This document shows, piece by piece, positions 47,513 to 58,454 of a stretch of DNA of 64,000 nt; within the stretch, counting starts at the first letter, position 1, and each line of letters begins with the position of its first letter. Position numbers and translations under genes: made by a program. Where the stretch lies: contig OZ037847.1 of assembly GCA_964035575.1 (NCBI GenBank), positions 620,001-684,000 of the forward strand, written 5' to 3'. Below the pieces are notes generated by a model. That model did not search any database. It was not told where the DNA came from and worked only from the letters and a program-made list of their open reading frames with translations. Origin of the DNA: Rhynchopus sp. YZ270_cl-10 (Eukaryota).

Positions 47513-49496
47513 CAGGGTTTTCGCTATGGGGGTACCGGGGTACCGCCGGTACCCCCAAAGAAAAATTTGGGAAAAAAACCCGATTTTTGGGGGTACCGCG
47601 GTACCCCCAACGGTACTTGAGGGTTTAGGGTTAGTGGGAAATGTTTTTTTCTTCTTTTTTTTTCTCCTCTCGGCAAGACGTGGCGCAAATCTTTCAATTG
47701 CGGCCATAATCGGGGGAAAATATGCTTCTGTGGGGTCCTTGCCGTTCCGAGAGAAGGAAAAAGTAGCGTACCGTGCGCCTGCGGCGCAAAACTTATGAGC
47801 GGAATCCCACAGCCCTCTACCATAGTTTGGCTGTAAAAATGTTTGATTTTAAGTCACAATTTTTGAAATGTTGCGTACCGTGGCTTCGCCACAAAGTTTA
47901 GATATTATGACTGCCGTTTCTTCTTGTACTGAGGGAAGGCAGGCGTAGAAAAAACATGAGAAAAAGGGTTGGTTTGGTTCTTGATGTACATTACCATCCC
48001 ACGTCATCACGTATTTACCTGAAAGGAACGGACCTTTTCGCGCGGAGCGCGAAAAATTTTTTTGACCCTTTTTTTTTTGCCGGTACCCGCATACTTATCG
48101 CTAAATATGCCGTTTTTCCCGAAAAATTTTAGAATCCCACGCCCAATTTCTTTCTTTTTGGCAAAAAAAAATTTTCGCGCTTCGCGCGAAAAAGGTCCTC
48201 AGAAGCTCAATTCCGGAAACAAATACGGGGGGGAGCGACGTTTTCCAACTCCTCCGCCATCAGCAGGAACACCTCTGTTTTCTCTTGAATCTGTGACGCT
48301 CGTTGCTGAGAAACAGGGCAACAGCGCGTTCAAGAATATTCCCCATCTTTTCAGTGTTAAACTCGTGGCGAAGCCACGGTACGCAACATTTCTAAAAAAA
48401 TGCGCTTACAATTGCACCCTTTTTTTACAGCCAAACTATGTCATGGAAAGGATGGAATGCAAGCTTGCGCCGCAGGCGCATGGTACGCTACTTTTTTCTT
48501 TGCCCTTATCCTTCTTTCTCACTCCTCATTGCTTCCCAAAGGTTCTGGCGAAGCCACGGTACGCAACATTTCTTTAAAATGTTGACATAAAATGGCACTT
48601 TTGTTGGTAACTATCGTCCAGTTCCGTAAATTTTACTTCCATATTTTGCTAAAACGAAAGTTTCTATCGAAGCCACGGTACGCAACATTTCTAAAAATTG
48701 CGCTTAAAATTGCCTACTATGTCGCGGGAAGGGTGGGTTGCAAGCTCGCGCCGCAGGCGCACGGTACGCTACATTTTTCCTTTCACCATGCTGCATCTTC
48801 CTTTTCCGGTAAAATAGAAGAAATTTGCGGGTTTGCGGGTTTACGAGTAAAAATAGAATTCTGTGGGGGGTAGGTGAGAGGTGGGCGGAGCCCCCACTCC
48901 TCACCTAACCTCACCCCAGCCTCAATCCAAAACCCAAATTACCACGTATGGACACGTACGGATTCCACCTTTTCAAAACAATTCACGTATGGATTTCCAT
49001 ACGTTCCACACGTGGAGCGTAATCCCTGTCACCAGAGTCACTCAACGAACCCTTTTTTGCGGAGCAAAAAATGAAAAAATGGCGCCGCAGGCAAAAAAAA
49101 TTAAGGTACAGGATGCAACCCAGTTCCCCAGGTGCATATCCTGAAAGGAAATTTATTTCCCGAGGCAAATTTATTTCCTGAGGCAAATTTATTTCCCGAG
49201 GGGAAATTTATTTCCTGAGGCAAATTTATTGCCTGAGGGAAATTTATTGCCTGAGGGAAATTTATTTCCTGAGGGAAATTTATTGCCTGAGGCAAATTAT
49301 TTTCCTGGGGAAAAATTATTTTCCGGGTGAAATTTTTTTCCTGGGGGGAAAAATTTTTCCCTGGGTAAAAAAAATTTCTTTCCGGCCGATTTTTTTCTTT
49401 CTTTTGGGAAAAAAAATCGCCACGTACCACGGCTAGTTAGCTACAAGTATGCGGTACCCCCCAAAAAAAAAATAGTGATTTCTGGCGAAAACCCTG
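47513..49496. mobile_element. hAT-like composite non-autonomous element
   Basis: 12-bp TIR CAGGGTTTTCGC; GGTACC subterminal motifs; TSD imperfect (..GTTCTG / GATTCTG). Confidence 0.7.
49142..49380. repeat. 18-bp minisatellite (GAGGCAAATTTATTTCCT), ~13 progressively degenerate copies
   Basis: Tandem array visible directly inside element 47513-49496. Confidence 0.9.
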
Positions 49497-52138
49497 GATT
49501 CTGAGTAAGAAAAAAAAAATTTAGTAAGAAGACCTCAGTCCGTCACCTTACCAATGAAAGAAAAAGTGAAGTTGAAAATGCAAACGCGTCGGGGGCGTAG
49601 GCAACCCAAAAAGTCATAAACCAAATTTGCACGTACGTAGGAACGGAACAGAACAAAATAAAGAGGGAAAAAAGAGGAGAGTCACGATGCTGCAAAGGAA
49701 GGTGTGGGGTTTGCTGGGTTGAGCGAAGCAATCAGAATGTATATGTAAGACCCGGAGGGAAAGCTAGTGCAAAACATTATGGATTTTTTTTTTTTTGATA
49801 TGTCTCTTGGGAGTTTATGCAGCATCGAGAAAGCGGGAAGGAAAAAAAGTTGAAAGATGAGTATGCGTCACGTACATCCTGCATCGTCTACGCATCTTCA
49901 AAAAGGATAAGTTGATCACGCCTCAGGACACTTGGGCTTAAAGGGCCATGGGTAAAAACCGTTTTCTGGTTTTAGTGTCCACTGGGCATCCGTTGGGTGG
50001 GTGGGGGTGATTCTGGTGTGAGAATGTTCTCGATTTTTGCTTTTGAAAGATTCGCCACAAAATCTTTTCAAAGAAAAAAAAGTCGATCAAAAATTCCAAG
50101 TAGAATCCCGGACAGATAGGGTTAAAAACTAAGATCTTACTAAGATTCTTACCACCACCTAACAAAGTTTTGTTGAGTGGTTCAGTGGTATTTTGTTCCA
50201 CTAAGATCTTAGTTTAAAACTAAGAAGATCTTTCCCCCCTTTAAAAAAAAAACTCCCCATACTCAGATCTTTTGTTTTCCGTGTACTGTCATTAAGCCAT
50301 GATTTTTCTGTGCAATATAAAGAACCCCAAGGAGGAGCTGAATATTTACAGAACGGCACACCGCAAATTGCTAAGGGTGGATAACTCGAACAATTCGGAC
50401 ACACATAGACAGGCCTGGCTTAGAAAGCCTCTTCACAGGTGAAGCCGGAATATATCAACCGTCATTAGGCTCTTTGATCACTGATCTCAGGGGAGCAATC
50501 CCCTATCGATTAGAGTGACCTCCTCATTTGAAGGGCGATGGGGGGAAGGGAGGGGACTAAGGGTTTCCTGATATAAAAGAGTAGTTGAAACGTGCTAAAA
50601 CGCATCGAACAGTCGAGCTCAAAATAGAAACTTAACACTCATCACACAATAAAACCTATGGGAGAGGTTGTGAAACGCACACACCTCGACCTGTTTGGTG
50701 AGGCGTGGCCCTCCAGCGCGGTTCATCCCCAGAACCGCAAAGTATGTTCAGAATGCTTTTGTTTCTATTTCCTCCTTCATTTCATGAGGTGATATGCAAA
50801 TAAATCGATAGTGATAAACTCTATACAGCAAGACCCTTCTGATGCACACCCCCCTCCCCAGAGTGGTAACTGTTTTTTAGCTGCCGTACATAATAATATG
50901 CACTATTTTTCTCTCTCTTTTCAAGGAGCACCAGAAGAAGGGGGTTTTTGAATGAAAGTTGATGTTTTTGCTTTGTGCTCTTTTTTGTTTTGGTGGGATT
51001 TAAGAAGAAGAGAAAGAAGAAGAAGGGTTGCGAGGCTTGAAAACCATTGTTCTGTTGTTTAAATAAACAACACAACAGCAACCTCAAATCCCTTAAACAG
51101 GTTGAGGATGGGGTAGTAAATGTGCCCACCGCCATCCGAGCCCAACCCCCAAATCCCCCAACCCAAACCACTCAAGACGAGAAGCAGGACATCATAATCC
51201 TTGCACCCTTCATAAGGTAGGGTTTTTTTTTATTTTCTTGAAAAATCAAACAAAGTTCGCGTCACAATTTCTATAGCATTTTTTTTTTTTCTAGCTTGCC
51301 TTTACAAAACAGCAATATCCAATGTCAAGAACAAAGGGATTTTTTTTTTTTGTTTTTGTTTCAAAAAAAAAAAGAACGCACAATAACGCATCGTTGGGGG
51401 GTGCAGAAAGAAATGTCTTGAAATACAAAATCCCTCTCGTGATAGTGTACTTTAAAGAAAAGTTTTATAAGATGAACCTAAGCCTCTCTGTGCTTAGTCA
51501 CCCCATGAAGAAAAGAGCAGAGGGGGCAGAGTTTGCTCAAATTAAAAAAAAAAAAAAAGCAATGCACCCAAAAGAGCTTGGGTTGATCCGCAAACAGCTA
51601 TGACGACACCTCGAAGGAGCCGACGACTCTTTAAAAGAGAACAAAGATTTGCAAGATAAACAACCCTAGAAATAACAAAAAAATAAAGCAAGTAAAGTGG
51701 AAGGTGTGACCACCTCATTACGAGACACAAACACCAGATGCCTACGGGTTGTATCAAACCGCGCATTACGAAAAAAAAACCTCAGTATCATATCAAAAGA
51801 AGCAAAAAATTCGCAAAAAATAAAAAAAAGAGAAGTAGAAAGTGCAAACGCCTCACCGTTCATCGGCGAACGCAAATAAAAAATAAAAAATAAAAAATAA
51901 CAAAAGCGGGTTTGACATGATCTCAGAGAGAACGATCTCTGCTCCACGCCAAAGCTGCAGTTGATTTATTTTATTTTTTTATTGGGAAATGTTCAATCGG
52001 GACACAAGGTTTTCCTTCCCGTTTGTCTCCACAAGTTATCGTGGTTTCCCCCGCACTGAAGTACAGTGTTGGTTGTGTAACGTGTATCTGGAAAACAAAG
52101 AATATTGGTGCAAGCACACCTCCAACAGACCAACGTAC

Positions 52139-52274
52139 GATGCCAGCCTGGATGAAAGCATAAGTACCCTGCGGCCAACAACAGAAGGTGTGGAAAAGAA
52201 ATCTGATGGCCCCGCACCGTAGTGCGAACGGGGGCGGTATACAACCGCTCGGACCACCTTCCATCGAAGAGTTG
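52139..52274 (-). repeat. ~140-bp dispersed repeat with tRNA-like 5' end (copy 2)
   Basis: Homologous to 30880-31025. Confidence 0.7.
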
Positions 52275-52610
52275 TGCCATCCGCGTGTCGTTTTTATAAC
52301 CTATTTTCAAGAACTGGATCCGCAAAAATAGCTTAAAATTTGGAGACCATGAACCCCTAAGCACCTAAGACTATTCTAACCCAAAAAGAAAACAAAAAAA
52401 ATATCGATAAATAAAGAAATACAAAAGACTGAACTGAACAGCAACCAAATAGCCAATCACCTACCCCCACCCATCCACAAGAAAAAAAAATCCAACCCAC
52501 AAAGAACCACCACACTATGCACGCAGTCACCCCCCCTTTATCCTCCTTTCTCCCTCCCCCCCCGCCCCTTATTGATAGGTCAGAAAAACAAGAGTATGTT
52601 ACAAGACATT

Positions 52611-53969
52611 TTATAATGTCCCTGATTGCAGGCTGGATTCGTCGTCTGTGGAGTAGTATCCCCCGCTTCTGTCAGCGGGTGCTTCGACGAGGCTTGCTGT
52701 GATGATGTCATCCGGAGCTGGGGGATATGAGCATTCGGGCAGCTGGGCCGGGAGGGTGTGTTTGTTGTGTCTATTGTATGCCTCAGCGAGTTGCTCTATT
52801 CGCGCCTTTGTCGCTTCGATGCTGATTTCAAGGTGTTTGTCAAAGCAAATTGTTCCCCCAGTGCCCCCTTGTATCTCGGTATCACTCAAAGAAGGCGTCT
52901 CCTCGTCAGACCCTTTGTTCGACATCTCAAACTCCACAACCTGGACCCCAATCTCAGTGTGCTCCATTCCGCTGAAGAGCGGTGGAGACACCGCACACTT
53001 CTTTTCTTTTCTCACCTTGCATTTCCGCAGCTTCATCATTGCCAACAGAAATGGTACTATTGGTGACAGCACTATACCCCACATAGGGAGTTTCATTAAG
53101 AGAATGTCATTTGTTGTCATCATGCAGTGTGCGACTGGGTGAGATGCGTAGATGCTTTCTAGGGGGTCCACCCGAACCCACATCCAAAGGAAGCCACAGA
53201 AGACGATGTAGACGTGGAGGTAGAGGGAAAAGAGGAAGGAGACTGGGGTGACTTCGCGTTGCATGACGTAGCGTGCGAGGAGGGCGGAGAAGATGATGTT
53301 GTTGCCTGCGGCAGAGGCAGAGACAACAAGCCATGCGTCAGGACGATGGCATGTATTGTGTTCATCACGTCGCTGTAGAAGAGACGACACACCAATCACA
53401 GTGATCGACAGCCAAGGCAACACCACCGCATAAACAAAAACCAAAATCTTCTTCTCAACCGAAACGTCAAAAGGGTCCGGCTTCTCCCCAAGAAGCAATG
53501 CAGCTGAAGAGCCGCCAACCACATTCTGCACATCTTGTGTTCGTCGCGGATTAGAGAAGCTCGACACCGTGAGCCCTCCAGACGATGATGCAGACGGTTC
53601 GTCCCTCTTCTCTGTAGGGGAGCGGGTCGGTGCTTCGGTAGGCTTTTTGCACAATGAGTCTGGAAGTATGCCACCAAGCTTTCCAAGCAGACAGGAGCCT
53701 GAATCGCGGTCGCTTGATCCAGTTTCAGGGATGGATGAGGAGGGGGCAGGTTGGGGTGTAGTGTTTGCATTGCTCGGAACGCTGACTGCAGAGGTGCCCA
53801 GTTTGTTTACTATCGTGCAGGATGTGGTCATCAGCAACACCGGGGGTTGGGTGGTGGCACATGGTGGTGGTGGTGGTGGTGGCTCGGAGATACGTGATGT
53901 ATCGTCCACCATCTCCGAATCATCCGTGTTCGCCGTTTGCCGTGCCGTTTCTATCGCGTCTATTACGCG
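52611..53969 (-). CDS. Uncharacterised membrane protein (~4 hydrophobic segments, Pro/Ser-rich N-terminus)
   Basis: 433-aa ORF 52611-53912, open in frame up to a CTGCAG acceptor at 53970; possible 6-nt first exon ATGTGT at 54231-54226. Confidence 0.7.
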   Translation of the reverse strand, partial: RVIDAIETARQTANTDDSEMVDDTSRISEPPPPPPPCATTQPPVLLMTTSCTIVNKLGTSAVSVPSNANTTPQPAPSSSIPETGSSDRDSGSCLLGKLGGILPDSLCKKPTEAPTRSPTEKRDEPSASSSGGLTVSSFSNPRRTQDVQNVVGGSSAALLLGEKPDPFDVSVEKKILVFVYAVVLPWLSITVIGVSSLLQRRDEHNTCHRPDAWLVVSASAAGNNIIFSALLARYVMQREVTPVSFLFSLYLHVYIVFCGFLWMWVRVDPLESIYASHPVAHCMMTTNDILLMKLPMWGIVLSPIVPFLLAMMKLRKCKVRKEKKCAVSPPLFSGMEHTEIGVQVVEFEMSNKGSDEETPSLSDTEIQGGTGGTICFDKHLEISIEATKARIEQLAEAYNRHNKHTLPAQLPECSYPPAPDDIITASLVEAPADRSGGYYSTDDESSLQSGTL

Positions 53970-54485
53970 CTGCAGGTTTTGAGTAAAGTGTTAAGCACGG
54001 TGAATAATCACTGTGGGGAGGGGGAGGGGGAGGGAAGGGAAGGGGTAGGGGTGAACGTATATTGTTGGTGTCTGTTTTGTGGTGTAGGTCGGATTGGAAA
54101 GGGAGAGGGAGAGGGAACAAAGACCATGAGGTGGAAAACCTTTGAGGAAGTAACAGGCTAAGGCGGGGAACAGGGAAGGGGGTAGGCATTTTTTTTGGCA
54201 CAGTCACACACAGCACAGAACATACACACATGGCGCTACACCACTGTGTAGGTGTCGTTACAAAAAAATATGCAAAAAAAAAATCTGCTGCGACAAAGCA
54301 CGCTGTTAGCAGCATTTTTTTTTCAGTCGTCTTCTTCATTTAAAAAAAAAGACCGCAAAGGGGTCTTCGTGTCTTCTCTTGAAAACCCCTTTCAAGCAAA
54401 CATAAAATACACAACACATCACCGGGTTTTGTACACACTCTCCTGGTGCAAATTTGTGAGTCAAGACTTGACGGGAAATGAAAAA

Positions 54486-56064
54486 GGGGGGTCCGTAAGT
54501 TTGTGTATTTGTGTGTAAAATTTCCGGCCCTTTTGGGTGAAAAAAAAAAAAGGGTGAGGGGAGTTGGGTCCAGTCATAGGGGGTATAGCATATTTTTTGG
54601 AAAATTCTTCAAAAAAGCAAGGATTTTTGCTGAGCACAATGAAATTTTCAGAAAAATCCCAATTTTCGGCCAAATTTGGAGCAAATTAGGCCCACACACC
54701 CCGATTTTGGGTCAAAAACCGATTTCATTTTTGCTCAGGAGTGCCTACGATTCCGCAAACCAGAGGTCCTCTGGATGCATGCATTGATAAACACAACACT
54801 GGAAATTGCAAGGAACAGGTCTGCGTGCTCTCTAGCCACTACAGCTACAGGGTATGCACAAAATGACCGTATTGTGGTTGAATTTTGACTTGCAAATGTT
54901 TATTCACGAACATGTATTTCTGAGGTTTTTTGGATTCTTTGGGCCATTTTATGACTTCGGGTGACTACCACGCCCGTTTTTGGGCAATAAAAATTTTTTT
55001 GTCTGGTCAAAAATCGCCTTGTACTTGTGAAAGGAATTGCTAAGGAAATGTGAAATATGCGTGTTTTGGTACACAAAAGTGCGTTTTGGGTGCTTCTGAA
55101 GGGTCAAAACACCAAAATGTTGCGTTTTTTTTGCGTTTTTGGTCTCCCAAGGACCCACTATTTTGGGTGAATTTTTTTTCACCTTTGCGAAAAAAAACTG
55201 AAAAATCACGGCTATAAGAACGCTAAGAAAAATCGATATTCATTTTTTGGGCAGAAAAGTGCGTTTTAGGTGCCCACCGATGGTCAAAACATCAATTTTT
55301 TTTGTATTTTTGGCATCTTTGGACACCCAAGGACCCATTATCGGGGTGATTTCTTTTTGCCTGAGATTTGCCTTTGCCAAAATCGAAAAAAAAAAAAAAA
55401 AAATTGTGGCGGAATTTGCTAAGGAAAAGCCGAAATTGTGGGCCCTGTAGTAATGCATAAGGTGCATAATGCATATGGTTTACCCCCAGATCGTCAAAAC
55501 ACCCGATTTTTGCGTTTTTTTTGCACTTTTTGGTGCCCAAAAACCCAACTCAGGGGTCGAAATTTTCCCGAAAAAAAAAATTTTTTTTTTGAGATTTTTC
55601 GATTTTTTGACAAGGCGCTGGCCCATACAAAGTGCACTGGTGGTGCAGAAAATGGCTGGGGAATAAACTCTAGATGCTCAAAACAGCTCAATTCTTGCTT
55701 TTTTTGACTTTTTGGTCCCAGGAGGGTGCCTAGGGTGTAGTGAGCAGGCCTCAAAAACACTTGTGAAAAAAAATTTTTGGGATTTTTTTTTTTTTGAGAT
55801 TTTTGAAAAATCGGCCGATTTTGCGACCAATTTTGGCTGGGGAATTTCGACGACCAAAGGGTCCCCCCTTTGGTTTTTTCCAAAAAATCGGGTATTTTTT
55901 GTGTGTACAATTGTACACCCGGTCTGCCGGTCTTTTTCGAGGGTGGGTAGGACCGGCCCTTATAGCCGGTAATCCTTAAGAGCCGGTCTTTTTACGGACC
56001 CTAAAGACCGGCTATACACACTAATTACGTGTCTGGTCGTTGCCGGTCTCTTTACGGATCCCCC
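54486..56064. mobile_element. GGGGG...CCCCC TIR element (PIF/Harbinger-like ends), non-autonomous
   Basis: GGGGGGTCCGTAA / TTACGGATCCCCC; possible 3-bp TSD AAA; CCGGTC motifs at the right end; interior homologous to element C. Confidence 0.6.
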
Positions 56065-58454
56065 AAATACTGTATTTTTTTTTTAGGCATGTGTCTTTTG
56101 GTTTCATAGTACATTTGGCTATAAGCTTCTCTGTTGGCATTCCTTAAGGAGGAAATTGAATTTTTAGAGCACCAATGTTTCCTTCGGTGCCCCCCAATGC
56201 TTCGAGTGACGTTCTCTTCGCACCTCAGGAAATGGGTGATATATTTCTATAAAAAGAGTAGTTGAAACGTGCTAAAAAACGCGGCTCGGTCGAGCCTCTG
56301 CAAAGGGCGGACGTTGAGTGGTCCAAAAAAAATACTTTTCTCGAACAGCCACCTCCAAAATAAAATGGGTTTTTGTACCCTTCTTTTCTCTATCTCTCTC
56401 CTTTCGCGCGAATGTCGCGCTCTCGAAAGGGAAAAAAAAACATCTCTTAATCAGGTAAGAGCCAAGCATCTCTCTCCATCTCTCTCTCTCTCTCACTCTG
56501 GTCAAGGCTGTATCCTCAAGGGATACACCGAGACTCTCTTTCCCAATGAAGGGAAAGTGTATTGTGTAGTGGGACAGATAGGGGCGGGGGATGGTGTGGT
56601 GGCAAAATTTTCTTTTTGACTTGAAATACAGTAAACCCGCTGATGCACAGACCAGAACACCGGGTGGACCCCTAAAACCATGCTGGCGTTCATCCATTGA
56701 GATGGTTTGTTCACAGTAACATCGATGGTCGACCCGTGTGACCATGGTATACGCGCAGACGCTTTCGGCATCAATGAAGGAACCTACTCACAGGGTGCCA
56801 TTACCATCGTTGATAGAGCACAGGTCTTTGATGTAATACCCTCTACCCGCTTCCTCTCATCGAACAGGGAATCATTGGACACAAAAAAAAATTTTTTTTT
56901 GACTTGAAATACAAAAACCCTCACATGACAATGTACCTTGGTGCATGACCGATGCACCGTGGGACCAACTATGCAGTCCTACATCCATTTCGAGGTTTAC
57001 ATCTGAACAAACTGCTAATATACTAAGCCTTATTCAGGGAGTGACCTTTTTCCACAAAGAGGAGAGAGCTCTCAAGAGGACTTTAGTAATGCAAGGAATG
57101 CGCAAAAAAGAAGAAAAAAAATATGAAGTTTTGAGAGTGGAGTACAGGAACCTTTCGACGCTAAGGCCCACTCCTTTATCAAATAAAACCCTCCAGCTAG
57201 GCGAAGGGGGAATAACGAAGGAAAAAAAGGTTCTATGAAAACAAACAGTGAGAAAAATAGACAAAAAAGGGGGAGTTGAAGGGTGACAAAACAGTAGACA
57301 CCTATTCTTCCGTGGGTTATCGAACCCATGGATCACTTCATTCGATCATTGGTACAAAAAAAATTACGAGAAAAAAAAAAACATTTGCGAGATGAATATG
57401 CTCTCGTGCACACACATCTTAACAAAGATGGTAAAATGAACTATAGCTCTTAGAACATCGGGGGCTATTCAGGTGGGGTCTGTTTCTTTTTCGAAAAGTT
57501 TTGACGGGACCCCTTGGATAGCCCCAGGATCTTATCAAAGCAACGCCTGGGAGGGAGAGTAGAGGAATGTGAGACTCAAGAGCCGTCACAAAGCAGGAAT
57601 AGAAACGGAACGGAAAAATAAAAAATAAAAATCTCTAAAAAAACAAATGTGAAAATGGGAGTTGAAAGGGGGGGTTCAACAAACGTCTCCGCGGATGAAG
57701 ATTGCCCCCAATAAAAGTGAAGTGAAGACAACGGGTTGACCCCTCTTTTGGATGCAGACACGATGGTTCGGGGAAAAAAAAAAGTTGGTAAAAAGATGAA
57801 ACTAAGTGTCGCGTGTTCAGTCACCTTTTTTGGAGGGGGAAAAAATCACAGATAATTATTGACAAAATACTTCGAAAAAATGCTCTTTTTTTTCGCTTTT
57901 TTTTTCAAAGACAAAAATACACATAAACCCAGAGACGCTGAGAATGTCTACCTCCAGTACATTTGCATAGGTGCAAAAGAATAACAGTTGTGTTGTTTTG
58001 TTTTGTTTTGTTTGAAAACTTTGACAACGTGTACCCCCGCGAACGGGCAATCCACGTTTCTTTGTTTAGTGGAGACACCCGAAGATGAGCCCCGCAATAC
58101 CTTTTATTGTTTTTATAAATCTACTTCCGGTTTTAATATAACAGGGGGTTTTTTTGTTCGCTTTTGATAATATGTTTAGTGGAGCCTGACAAGACAGTGT
58201 CCACTTTACAGAAAAATTCTTTGAAAAAGGGGGGTTTTTTGGATGACCAGGTCGCACCACAACATTTGTTTTTGTTTTTTGTTTTTGTTCGAATAAGCAT
58301 TTTAGTTTCCTCTCTCGAAAAGTTGGATAACGTAGTGGCCGTGTAATATCTACACAACTCTCGTAATTTCTGATGCAAATGAATCTTTTGTTTTGCATTT
58401 TCCATGAGAATAACAGAGCTCGTATTTTGTGAGAAAAAAGGGTCAAAACACCTC

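Noticed and set aside
49938..50230. Possible TTAA-type element
   Set aside because: Ends do not match each other; it appears to be mixed fragments of the 13177 and 34585 families.
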